49,809 bases of DNA from Candidatus Woesearchaeota archaeon (GTDB lineage: Archaea; Nanobdellota; Nanobdellia; Woesearchaeales; JAGWAF01). The stretch lies in contig JAGVYP010000019.1 in assembly GCA_018303205.1 (NCBI GenBank), positions 1 through 49,809 on the forward strand, in the 5' to 3' direction. Below the pieces are notes generated by a model. The model saw nothing but the letters and a program-made list of their open reading frames with translations. It made no database searches and was not told where the DNA came from. Shown here in pieces: positions 9,046-16,893 of the stretch; within the stretch, counting starts at the first letter, position 1; every line of letters starts with the position of its first letter. The position numbers and the translations under genes were made by a program.

Positions 9046-9172
9046 GAAGCTGTACCATCCTCAGGTCGAGCTTCTTAGACAAAAAGAAGAGACAGTGACA
9101 AAGGGGACGCTCCAGTCGGGAAACGTCACTCATCAACAAAAAAGATAACAAGCGAGAAGATGGTACAGCTTC
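9046..9172 (+). repeat. Family B structured intergenic element, copy B1
   Basis: 14-bp perfect outer stem GAAGCTGTACCATC/GATGGTACAGCTTC. CTCAGGTCGA-GCTT ... AAGC-GAGAA, inner stem GTGAC/GTCAC enclosing AAAGGGGACGCTCCAGTCGGGA. Confidence 0.85.
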
Positions 9173-9210
9173 AAAAAGTAAAAAAGAAATAAAGATCTTT
9201 GGTGTAAAAC

Positions 9211-9474
9211 ATGCACTCTCATAAAACCCTACGTTTTTTTCAATCCTTTCAAGGTGTAGAAGAAGGAAGAAAAGGACAATGCACTCCAGAACAATGTGAA
9301 ACTCTCGATGGGAGAAAAGGAAGTGCGTGTTGCAAACTCGGTTATGTATGCCCTTGCTTAAAAAAGAATACGCAATGCGGTGTATATCAAATAAGGCCTC
9401 CTAATTGCAGAGTTTTTCCACGAACAAGAGAAGACTTAAGCTTAGTAAAAAATTGCGGATACTATTGGAAATAA
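9211..9474 (+). CDS. YkgJ-family Cys-cluster (Zn/Fe-S) protein
   Basis: C...C...CC...CP.L....C.VY..RP.NCR.FP...CGY pattern. Confidence 0.75.
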   Translation: MHSHKTLRFFQSFQGVEEGRKGQCTPEQCETLDGRKGSACCKLGYVCPCLKKNTQCGVYQIRPPNCRVFPRTREDLSLVKNCGYYWK

Positions 9475-9475
9475 A

Positions 9476-10576
9476 CTATTTTTGATCTTGCATAAACTCT
9501 TTTTTAAATTTTTCAAATCTTTTTTCTTTAATTGCACTTTTTGCTTGTTCCAAAAGAGCATTCATAAAGTGTAAGTTATGTAGAGTGTTTAAGCGATTGC
9601 TGTGGGGTTCTTTCATTCTGAAAAGATGATGCAGATATGCCCTCGTAAAATGTTTGCAAGTATAACAGGTGCAGTCTTCTTCCAAGGGAGCAAAATCATG
9701 TTCATATCTTTTATTTTTAATATCAAGCGTTCCTTTCATCGTGAATAAAGAACCGTGACGCGCGTTCATGGTTGGAAATCGGGAATCCCAGATGTCTATT
9801 CCTTTGATGATACTCTCCAAAATCTGTTCTGGAACACCAATACCCATCAAATACTTAGGCTTTTCTTTGGGCAATTCTTTCATAGCAATATCAATAGCAT
9901 GGTACATATCCTCTGGTTTTTCTCCTAAAGCAAGTCCTCCTAATGCAAGCCCATCAAAATCAATCTGAGAGATTTTTTGTGCAGCAAGCTTGCGGAGATC
10001 GTCATGTAATCCGCCTTGACTAATACCAAATAAAAGATGGCCATCATTTTTTTTGTCGTGAAATGTTTTGCAACGCTCTGCCCATGCTGTTGTTTTTTTA
10101 ATGCTTTCTAAACATCTCGAATGTCCAGCTCCTAAGCGTGGCATATCATCTAAACACATATGCACATCTGCATTAATCATTAATTGAATTTCCATGCTCC
10201 TTTCAGGTGTGCAAAACACTTCTCCGCCATGGATAGGGTCTTTAAATTTTACGCCGTCTTGATTCGTCATGAGAAGAAAACTATCACTATACATCTGAAA
10301 TCCCCCAGAATCTGTAAAAATATTTTTTTTAAATTTCATAAATTGATGAATTCCCCTACACTTTTCAAAGACCTGCAATCCTGGTGAGAGAGATAACACA
10401 AAGCTATTCGCGATGATGCTTTGCGTTCCTAACATTTCTAAGTCTTTTCCATCAAAGTATTTCCCTACAGCCTTAGTAGCACACGGCATGAAAAAAGGAG
10501 TTTCAAAACTGCCATGCTGTGTTGTTAAGAGACCTACTCTTGCTTTGCCATCTTCTGCAATGATTTCAAAAGTCAT
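9476..10576 (-). CDS. tgt: tRNA-guanine(34) transglycosylase, bacterial type
   Basis: ETPFFMP, TDSGGFQ, GISQGG, GGLALGE, KPKYLMGIG and the Zn site CTCYTC...HNL. 366 aa with no archaeosine-TGT PUA extension. Confidence 0.93.
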   Translation of the reverse strand: MTFEIIAEDGKARVGLLTTQHGSFETPFFMPCATKAVGKYFDGKDLEMLGTQSIIANSFVLSLSPGLQVFEKCRGIHQFMKFKKNIFTDSGGFQMYSDSFLLMTNQDGVKFKDPIHGGEVFCTPERSMEIQLMINADVHMCLDDMPRLGAGHSRCLESIKKTTAWAERCKTFHDKKNDGHLLFGISQGGLHDDLRKLAAQKISQIDFDGLALGGLALGEKPEDMYHAIDIAMKELPKEKPKYLMGIGVPEQILESIIKGIDIWDSRFPTMNARHGSLFTMKGTLDIKNKRYEHDFAPLEEDCTCYTCKHFTRAYLHHLFRMKEPHSNRLNTLHNLHFMNALLEQAKSAIKEKRFEKFKKEFMQDQK

Positions 10577-10701
10577 ATACTGGAGGAAAGAGCAGTATTT
10601 AAAAAACTATCAGTATATTGATCTTCTTTATGATGAAATTAGTTTTTTCTTATTTTTCATTTTTTTAAGTACTTTTTCTTTCTTCTAGACTTTTTTCATA
10701 T

Positions 10702-10849
10702 ATGTCAAAAACCACCGATCATAGATTGGTGGCATGTCGCGACATGCCATTATCCATAGTGGTTTTTGAGCATGCTCAAAAATTTTCCTCTGGTAATTGT
10801 CCATTGGCTTCGAGCCACTCTTCAGAGACTAGTGGAAAATTTTTGACAT
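10702..10849. repeat. Family C modular palindromic element, copy C1
   Basis: Terminal inverted repeat ATGTCAAAAA/TTTTTGACAT. Two modules joined at GAGCATGCTC. Internal palindromes GGCATGTCGCGACATGCC, CCACCGATC/GATTGGTGG and TGGCT/AGCCA. The first ~70 nt are nearly identical to the copy starting at 30358. Confidence 0.85.
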
Positions 10850-11028
10850 TTTTGAAACTTTTAACTTTCTCACACTTCTTTTGTATTTTTGTTTGTATTT
10901 TTATAAAAATAATAAACAGAAAAGAAAGGATATGCCAAAGATTAAAAAATAACAAAAGAAAGAGAACAAATGATAAAAAACAGCCCTGGAATCCAAATAT
11001 TTTTAAACAAGCTCTTCTCCCTGTTTCT

Positions 11029-12327
11029 ATGAAAAAATACCTTACTCTTCAGGAAGCCATAGAACAAGGCTCAGGAAAGGTAGCTTTGCAAGGCTGGGTG
11101 TATCGCGAACGAGGCTCATCTAAGATAAAATTTCTTGTACTCAGAGATCATACTACTATTCTTCAATGTGTTGTTGAAAAAGAAAAAATAGGAGAAAAAA
11201 AGTTTAGTCTGATTGACAAAATACAAATTGAAACCTCTGTACGCTTAGAAGGAACGATCAAAAAAGATGAACGAGCTCCCACAGGATATGAAGTCAATGT
11301 GGAAGACCTTGAAATTGTAGGAATAGCAAATGAGTTTCCTATCCAAAAAGATCAGAGCGTTGAATTTTTAGCAGACAACAGGCATTTATGGCTCAGATCG
11401 AGAAGGATGACAGCAATTCTCAAAATACGGAGCACGGTTTTTCAAGCCATAGATACGTATTTTAGAAATAATAAGTTTTATTTGTACCACAGCCCTATCT
11501 TTTCTCCGAATAATTGCGAAGGAGGAAGCACAGTATTCAAAGTAGACTATTTTGGTAACGAAATGTTTCTCACACAGTCCTGGCAATTATATGCAGAAGC
11601 AGGTATTTTTTCTTTAGGAAATATCTACACCATTGCACCTTCCTTTAGAGCTGAAAGAAGCAAAACATCACGACATTTGACAGAATACTGGCATGCAGAA
11701 ATGGAAATGGTCTGGAACACTTTTGAAGATGTCATGCACCATGCAGAAGGAGTTCTCAAATTTATCCTGAAAGAAGTTTTAGACAAACACCAAGAAGAAT
11801 TCAAAATACTTGAAAGAGACCCCAAAAAGTTAGAGCCTGCACTGAAAAAACCCTTCATAAAAATGACCTATACTGATGCTTTAAAGATTTTAAAAGAAAA
11901 ATGTAAAATGGACGTTGAATGGGGAAAAGATTTGCGTACCCTAGAAGAAGAGAAACTGACCAAGTTATATGATGTGCCCTTACTGGTAACACGATATCCT
12001 AAAAAAATTAAAGCATTTTACATGAAAGAAGACCCTGAAAATTCTGAAGTAGTACTCGGAATGGATTGCCTTGCACCAGAAGGCTATGGAGAAATTATCG
12101 GAGGCTCACAAAGAGAAGAAAACGCAGAAGAAATTGAAAAAAGACTGCGAGAACAAGGAGAAGATCCCTCAGTTTATGGTTGGTATTTGGATTTGAGAAA
12201 ATACGGCTCAGTTCCCCACGGAGGATTTGGATTAGGTGTTGAAAGAGTTATTACCTGGATTTGCGGACTAGACAACATCAAAGATGCAATTCCCTTTCCC
12301 AGAACCATGTTCAGATTTACTCCATGA
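11029..12327 (+). CDS. asnS: Asparagine--tRNA ligase (archaeal type)
   Basis: GWVYRER, RHLWLRS, FLTQSWQLYAE, FRAERSKTSRHLTEYWHAEME, EIIGGSQRE, YGSVPHGGFGLGVER. The real start is ATG 11029; the upstream ORF extension runs through repeat C1. Confidence 0.93.
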   Translation: MKKYLTLQEAIEQGSGKVALQGWVYRERGSSKIKFLVLRDHTTILQCVVEKEKIGEKKFSLIDKIQIETSVRLEGTIKKDERAPTGYEVNVEDLEIVGIANEFPIQKDQSVEFLADNRHLWLRSRRMTAILKIRSTVFQAIDTYFRNNKFYLYHSPIFSPNNCEGGSTVFKVDYFGNEMFLTQSWQLYAEAGIFSLGNIYTIAPSFRAERSKTSRHLTEYWHAEMEMVWNTFEDVMHHAEGVLKFILKEVLDKHQEEFKILERDPKKLEPALKKPFIKMTYTDALKILKEKCKMDVEWGKDLRTLEEEKLTKLYDVPLLVTRYPKKIKAFYMKEDPENSEVVLGMDCLAPEGYGEIIGGSQREENAEEIEKRLREQGEDPSVYGWYLDLRKYGSVPHGGFGLGVERVITWICGLDNIKDAIPFPRTMFRFTP

Positions 12328-12668
12328 GTATAGAACAATACATCAAAAACAATACGTTCTGAAGCATTACCGTTCGCAGGCCGAAGAAGTCCATTGTGAT
12401 CATTGCCTTGGAAAAGGTCACCGTCCTCAGGTCGAGCGTGTAAGCCAAAAGAATCAACGAAGTTCAAGGGGATACTCCCCACGGGAATGAACGATAGAGA
12501 AACAAAAAGGTAACTACGCGAGAAGACGGTGACCAAAAAAGAAAATAAATGAGCAGCAAATCTCTGTGATGACCTTCCAAAAAGAAGAGAAAAAAAGATA
12601 AAATAAACATAAAAAAATGAATAGTGTAAATCAAAAATGAGTATAGAACAATACATCAAAAACAATAC
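12324..12668 (+). mobile_element. Insertion scar: 32-bp direct repeat enclosing nested B and A elements
   Basis: ATGAGTATAGAACAATACATCAAAAACAATAC occurs at 12324-12355 and 12637-12668. Between them lie a degenerate B left arm (12360-12384), an A left arm (12398-12412), a full B copy and an A right arm (12551-12578). Confidence 0.7.
12416..12534 (+). repeat. Family B element, copy B2 (nested inside family A arms)
   Basis: Stem GGTCACCGTC/GACGGTGACC. CTCAGGTCGA-GCGT...ACGC-GAGAA, inner GTTCA/TGAAC enclosing AGGGGATACTCCCCACGGGA. Confidence 0.85.
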
Positions 12669-12879
12669 CCTTTCCATTCTTGTGAAACCTAACTCTTCCA
12701 AAACAGAAATTCTTGGCTGGGATGAAGAAAAGCAAGCTTTGAGAATTGCAATTCATGCTCCTCCTGAAGACAATAAAGCAAATAAAGAACTTCTAAAATT
12801 TCTGAAAAAAACATTGAAAAGAAAAGTTGAATTGATTAAAGGTAAAACTTCAAGAGAGAAAGTAGTTAGGATTTCTTAA
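12637..12879 (+). CDS. DUF167/UPF0235 (YggU-like) protein
   Basis: VKPNSSKTEI, APPEDNKANKEL, LIKGKTSREK. Confidence 0.88.
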   Translation: MSIEQYIKNNTLSILVKPNSSKTEILGWDEEKQALRIAIHAPPEDNKANKELLKFLKKTLKRKVELIKGKTSREKVVRIS

Positions 12880-13630
12880 ACGGTTTAGACTGTTTCCAGA
12901 ATGCATCAAAATAAGACTTAAACGAATCTGCTATTTCTTTATCAATGATTTCAATAACCATTTCTTTGCTTTGTAAGAAAATAGCAGTCACATCTTTATA
13001 ATTAAGAAACCATGATGGCGTTTCAATACCTGGTGGCATGTAACGTGCTTCAGAACCTTTGTAACTATTTCTATTTAACAAAGTAGAACGTGGAGTGCCA
13101 TGATTAAAAAGCATTTTGCATGTAATACCTGCTTTTGCTCTTCGAAGGTGATCTCTTTTCCAATAAAGGTCATATCTTTCTTCTTGATTTGTAGGGATTC
13201 CCCAGGAATAAAATTCTTCGCCTTTCTTTAATTTGAGATACGTGTGTTCTGCAACGGTTATTATTCCTTTGAATCCTTCATAGATTTGTGCTTCACTTGA
13301 TTTTTTTGCAGATTGTTTTTGCAATTGCAATTGAGGAATCAGTTCATTCATAGCTTTTCTTTGTTGTTCAAGTGTTTTTTCTTTTTGGTCTATATAGTCT
13401 TGAAATTTAATAGGATCTTCTGCTTGATAGTATTTTGTTTTCTGTTTGACGATGTAAGAAACAAGTCCTTTAGTGATGAGTCGTTCAACCACTTCATAGA
13501 TTTTTGATCTTGCTACTCCTGACTTTTCTGTTAAAGGTCCAGAAGTGGTTGAACCTAAATAAAGAAGGGCAAGATAAACTTTAGTTTCACTTTCAGTTAA
13601 TCCGATGTCTCGTAGTACGGAGTAATTCAT
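12866..13630 (-). CDS. TrmB-family transcriptional regulator
   Basis: IGLTESETKVYLALL...RSKIYEVVERLITKGLVS HTH, followed by YEGFKG and an effector domain ending in YFDAFW. Confidence 0.88.
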   Translation of the reverse strand: MNYSVLRDIGLTESETKVYLALLYLGSTTSGPLTEKSGVARSKIYEVVERLITKGLVSYIVKQKTKYYQAEDPIKFQDYIDQKEKTLEQQRKAMNELIPQLQLQKQSAKKSSEAQIYEGFKGIITVAEHTYLKLKKGEEFYSWGIPTNQEERYDLYWKRDHLRRAKAGITCKMLFNHGTPRSTLLNRNSYKGSEARYMPPGIETPSWFLNYKDVTAIFLQSKEMVIEIIDKEIADSFKSYFDAFWKQSKPFKKS

Positions 13631-13724
13631 AGCATTACAAGAAGGAGCTTCTATATAAAACTAAGTATTGCTTAACCCTATAGGGGGAGGCGATCTTTAT
13701 TTATTTCCTATACTATACTCTGTT

Positions 13725-14789
13725 ATGGCTATTACAGAAAATGCTCGAATTACTGGTGCCCATTATACAGAAGCTAAAAAATCAGCGTGTATATTGTTAG
13801 ATCAATTAGGTAAATCATTAATCTATCATAGAAAAGCGCATACTACAGATTTTGTTGTACCTGCAGCATTAGCAATTGCAGAAAGAGAAGGATTTTCTTT
13901 AGAAGATAAATTAATTGTTAGTATTGCGGCTGCATTTCATGATACTGGTTTTGTTAGACAATATAATGCAAATGAGTCTATTGGTGCTCAATTTGCTGAA
14001 GATTATATGAGATCTTCTATGCAAGAGTATACAGAAGAGCAAATCAGATTAGTAAAAGATGCAATCATAAATACAGATATGAAAGAAGTACCTAAAACAA
14101 AATATGAAAAAGTGTTAAGAGACGCTGATTTAGCGATTTTAGGACATCATGATTTTGTTCAATGGAATAATGATTTAAGGAGAGAATGTAAATTACATCC
14201 TGAATCGCCTATGCATCAAGCTTCTTTGGATAGATCAAAATGGGCTCAATCACAATTAGGATTTATTTCATCTCATACGTGGTTTACAGAGGGTGCGAAA
14301 ACATTGTACGAAGAGTCTAAACAACAAAATATTCTTGCTTTCAAAAAGGAGTATCCATTGACACAACAATACGCAGTATTTGTAAGAAGTAAAAATTGTG
14401 ATGATAGTTCGGACATTGTCCTTCTCGTTCTAAGATTATCTGAAAGAGATTTGTCTAGTGCAGATTTTTTTCCAAAGGATGACGCGCAAAGATCTGAAGG
14501 GGGATATCCGCAAAAGATATGGCGATTTGATAGTCTTGAAGACGCAAAACGTAAAGCTGAAGAAACAGCTGATGGTAATTTTGTTCTTGAAGCGGGGGTT
14601 GTACCGATAGATACCGGAGAGCATCGTTATGTCGCCATGAGTCAAGAAATTTGTATGGGAGATCCAGTTTATGCTGTAAAAGTTGTAAGAACTCTTAGAG
14701 AAATAAGAAATTATGATAGAAAGAATTGGAAAGAAACATTGGAAGAGACATGCAAAAGAGATGAGCATTGGAAGCATATAAGCATATAG
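13725..14789 (+). CDS. HD-domain phosphohydrolase with an uncharacterised C-terminal extension
   Basis: YH...HT, AAAFHDTGF, LRDADL, LRRE, H.WFT. About 140 additional residues follow YPL. Confidence 0.75.
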   Translation: MAITENARITGAHYTEAKKSACILLDQLGKSLIYHRKAHTTDFVVPAALAIAEREGFSLEDKLIVSIAAAFHDTGFVRQYNANESIGAQFAEDYMRSSMQEYTEEQIRLVKDAIINTDMKEVPKTKYEKVLRDADLAILGHHDFVQWNNDLRRECKLHPESPMHQASLDRSKWAQSQLGFISSHTWFTEGAKTLYEESKQQNILAFKKEYPLTQQYAVFVRSKNCDDSSDIVLLVLRLSERDLSSADFFPKDDAQRSEGGYPQKIWRFDSLEDAKRKAEETADGNFVLEAGVVPIDTGEHRYVAMSQEICMGDPVYAVKVVRTLREIRNYDRKNWKETLEETCKRDEHWKHISI

Positions 14790-14915
14790 AAACATCGGAT
14801 TTTTCGAATATTTTTCGGTAAAAAACTCAAAAGACGGAAAAAAGAACGACAAAAGCGAAATCTTTTCGGAAAAATAACCGCAAAGTATTTCTTAACTAAA
14901 AAACAAGATTATGAA

Positions 14916-15176
14916 ATGTCTTTCATAACATTAATTGTAATTGAAAAAGAAGATATAAAAATTATTCCTGAGCATTATAATACGATTATTAGGATTATGA
15001 ATCATGATTTTAAGAATGCGAAGCATTACCTAAAAGAAGCTGAAGAAATTCCGCTAGATGCAGGCTACCTTCTTGTTGATATGAATAAAAAAATTATCAT
15101 AAATGGGCAGTCAGCTTTTGCACGTCAGCATCTCCATCCCAAATACAGCACTGAATGGTTCTGGATCGAGGTGTAG
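14916..15176 (+). CDS. Hypothetical protein
   Basis: 86-aa ORF with typical composition, directly upstream of the toxin-antitoxin pair. Confidence 0.55.
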   Translation: MSFITLIVIEKEDIKIIPEHYNTIIRIMNHDFKNAKHYLKEAEEIPLDAGYLLVDMNKKIIINGQSAFARQHLHPKYSTEWFWIEV

Positions 15177-15184
15177 TATACAAT

Positions 15185-15397
15185 ATGAATATTATTTTTA
15201 CTTCCCATGTGAAAGAAAGGATGGAACTAAGAAAAATCTTGAAAGAAGAAGTAATAGATGCCATCCTCCATCCAGATATAATCATAAAGGAATACGGTGA
15301 ATATTATTTTCAAAAGAAACTGGAAAGAGGCACTATTGAATTGCCCTGTGAGAGAACGGAAACTTATATAAAGGTGATTACCGTATACTGGTTGTAA
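15185..15397 (+). CDS. DUF4258-family putative toxin (RelE/BrnT-like)
   Basis: FTSHVKERMELRKI..EEV..AI..PD ... KVITVY. Paired with a DUF2283 gene. Confidence 0.75.
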   Translation: MNIIFTSHVKERMELRKILKEEVIDAILHPDIIIKEYGEYYFQKKLERGTIELPCERTETYIKVITVYWL

Positions 15398-15398
15398 C

Positions 15399-15611
15399 AT
15401 GGAAATAAACTACGATAAAGATGCTGATGCTTTGTATATTGAATTTCGTAAAGGCAATTTTGCTAAAAACAAAAAAATTGATGATTTTACTATTATAGAT
15501 ATAGATAAAGAAGGAAATCTTTTGGGCATTGAACTCTTAAGAGTAAGTAAAAGAATACCAAAAGATTCCCTTTCTCACATCAATGTCAAAAATCTTGTGG
15601 TAGCACAATAA
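15399..15611 (+). CDS. DUF2283-family putative antitoxin
   Basis: MEINYDKDADALYIEF ... IDIDKEGNLLGIELL..SK. Confidence 0.85.
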   Translation: MEINYDKDADALYIEFRKGNFAKNKKIDDFTIIDIDKEGNLLGIELLRVSKRIPKDSLSHINVKNLVVAQ

Positions 15612-15632
15612 ACTGTTGATTAAGATTTTACA

Positions 15633-15862
15633 ATTAAAAACGAACTTAATTTGTACTATGATGAAGAAGAGATTTCTTAGAATTGCAGATAGGAGACTAT
15701 ACAGAAGGATACTTCAAGAATCTTGGAAACGGAATTTTTGAGAGAAGAGACAAGAAAACAGAAAAAATAACAGGCATCGCGATTCACAGCTTTAAAAAAA
15801 GAACTTTAGGATTAAAAGAAAGAAAAATTTCCCTGCCTTTTAAGGTCGAAATAACTTCTTAA
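15633..15862 (+). pseudogene. Frameshifted DUF2283-like gene
   Basis: Manual translation gives (I)KNELNLYYDEE, then a 1-nt loss at about 15669, then DFLELQIGDYTEGYFKNLGNGIFERRDKKTEKITGIAIHSFKKRT...KVEITS*. No ATG. Confidence 0.7.
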
Positions 15863-15874
15863 AGATGGTATAAA

Positions 15875-16237
15875 ATGAGAATACGATTAGTTGAAAGTTA
15901 TGAAAAAGATAACGAAGAAGTATGGGACTATATCATGGATGTAGGAGCTGGAAGAAGAGAAATTGATCCTGAAAGAGCAAAGAGAACTTTAGTGTTGACT
16001 CCCAAAACTTTTGCGCAAGTCTTTTCTCCTGAAAGAATGAGGATTATTCTAAAATTGAAAGAAAAAAAATACTTGAATATTTATCAATTGGCAAAAGAAT
16101 TAGGAAGAAAATATGAAGCAGTGCATCGTAATGTGAGTTACTTATCTCACCGAGGTATTATTAAGATTAAAACAAAAGACAAGAAAAAGATTCCTTATAT
16201 ACATGAACCCATTTCAATACCTCAGTTGACAAGTTAA
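15875..16237 (+). CDS. Winged-HTH DNA-binding protein (HVO_A0114-like orphan antitoxin/regulator)
   Basis: VFSPERMRII..L...NIYQLAKELGRKYEAVHRNV..L...GII.....K..PY. Confidence 0.75.
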   Translation: MRIRLVESYEKDNEEVWDYIMDVGAGRREIDPERAKRTLVLTPKTFAQVFSPERMRIILKLKEKKYLNIYQLAKELGRKYEAVHRNVSYLSHRGIIKIKTKDKKKIPYIHEPISIPQLTS

Positions 16238-16294
16238 GATTATAGGTACATGATGAAAAAGAGATTTCTTAGTAGCTCTAAATTAAAAAAAGAG

Positions 16295-16798
16295 TTAGTC
16301 ACTTAAATCGTACTGTTCTAAGTCATAGAATTCTAATTTGTGAACTTTTAAGACTAGGATCCCTTCCCAATCAGCGATAATATGGCTAAATTTTTGCCTA
16401 ATCTCTGTTGATATTTTTTCGAATTCAGGCGCGTTTTTGGCGATAAAGACACAGGTAATATCTGTATTTCCTACAGTTGAAAATAAATCAATAACTCTTG
16501 GATGATTTTTTAAATGATTGATAAATTGATTTTTTGCATCTTCAGTGATGTTTTGTAATTTAATTTTGATGTCAAGAGTGAGTGGAAAACCTATCGCTTT
16601 AGGATCGATAGCTGTCCAAAACTCAAATATTTTTTTCCTCTGCATTTCTTTAATACGTTTGTTGACAGAATCGATAGAAAGATGGACTTGTTTTGCAATA
16701 TGGGTAAGGCTTTCGCGAGCGTTTTTCTGCAGAATCATAAGGATTTGCCTATCTTTTTCATCTAAAATTCTCGATTTTAAAGCGCTTTCATAAGGCAT
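16295..16798 (-). CDS. Lrp/AsnC-family transcriptional regulator
   Basis: LDEKDRQILMILQKNARESLTHIAKQV.LS...V..RIK HTH, IDPKAIGF, and a RAM domain with VGNTD. Confidence 0.92.
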   Translation of the reverse strand: MPYESALKSRILDEKDRQILMILQKNARESLTHIAKQVHLSIDSVNKRIKEMQRKKIFEFWTAIDPKAIGFPLTLDIKIKLQNITEDAKNQFINHLKNHPRVIDLFSTVGNTDITCVFIAKNAPEFEKISTEIRQKFSHIIADWEGILVLKVHKLEFYDLEQYDLSD

Positions 16799-16829
16799 GT
16801 TAGTAGATAAAATAGGATTAATATTTAAA

Positions 16830-16852
16830 TATATCTTAAATTTTAAGATATA
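16830..16852. promoter_or_regulatory. Palindromic operator candidate in the divergent Lrp/operon promoter
   Basis: TATATCTTAAA-T-TTTAAGATATA is a perfect 11-1-11 inverted repeat. A second palindrome, TCTTATATAAGA, lies at 16877-16888. Confidence 0.55.
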
Positions 16853-16893
16853 ATATGAATAATACTTAATAAATTATCTTATATAAGAGTTAT

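Noticed and set aside
9046-9172. Family B as a hairpin ribozyme (AGAA opposite a GUC-containing strand; AGAAACA-like linkers)
   Set aside because: The opposing strand is 10 nt rather than the 4-nt NGUC of loop A, and the loop-B GUAUAUUAC strand is not conserved across copies. The resemblance is only superficial.
10702-11028. 109-aa N-terminal extension of AsnRS
   Set aside because: It is read-through of repeat C1 and a T/A-rich spacer. A TATA-like box precedes ATG 11029, where synthetase homology begins.
12465-12490. TACTCCCCACGG in B2 resembling an IS200/IS605 end
   Set aside because: It is not conserved in the other B copies and no tnpA or tnpB is in the window. That is not enough to call an IS end, although mobilisation in trans is not excluded.
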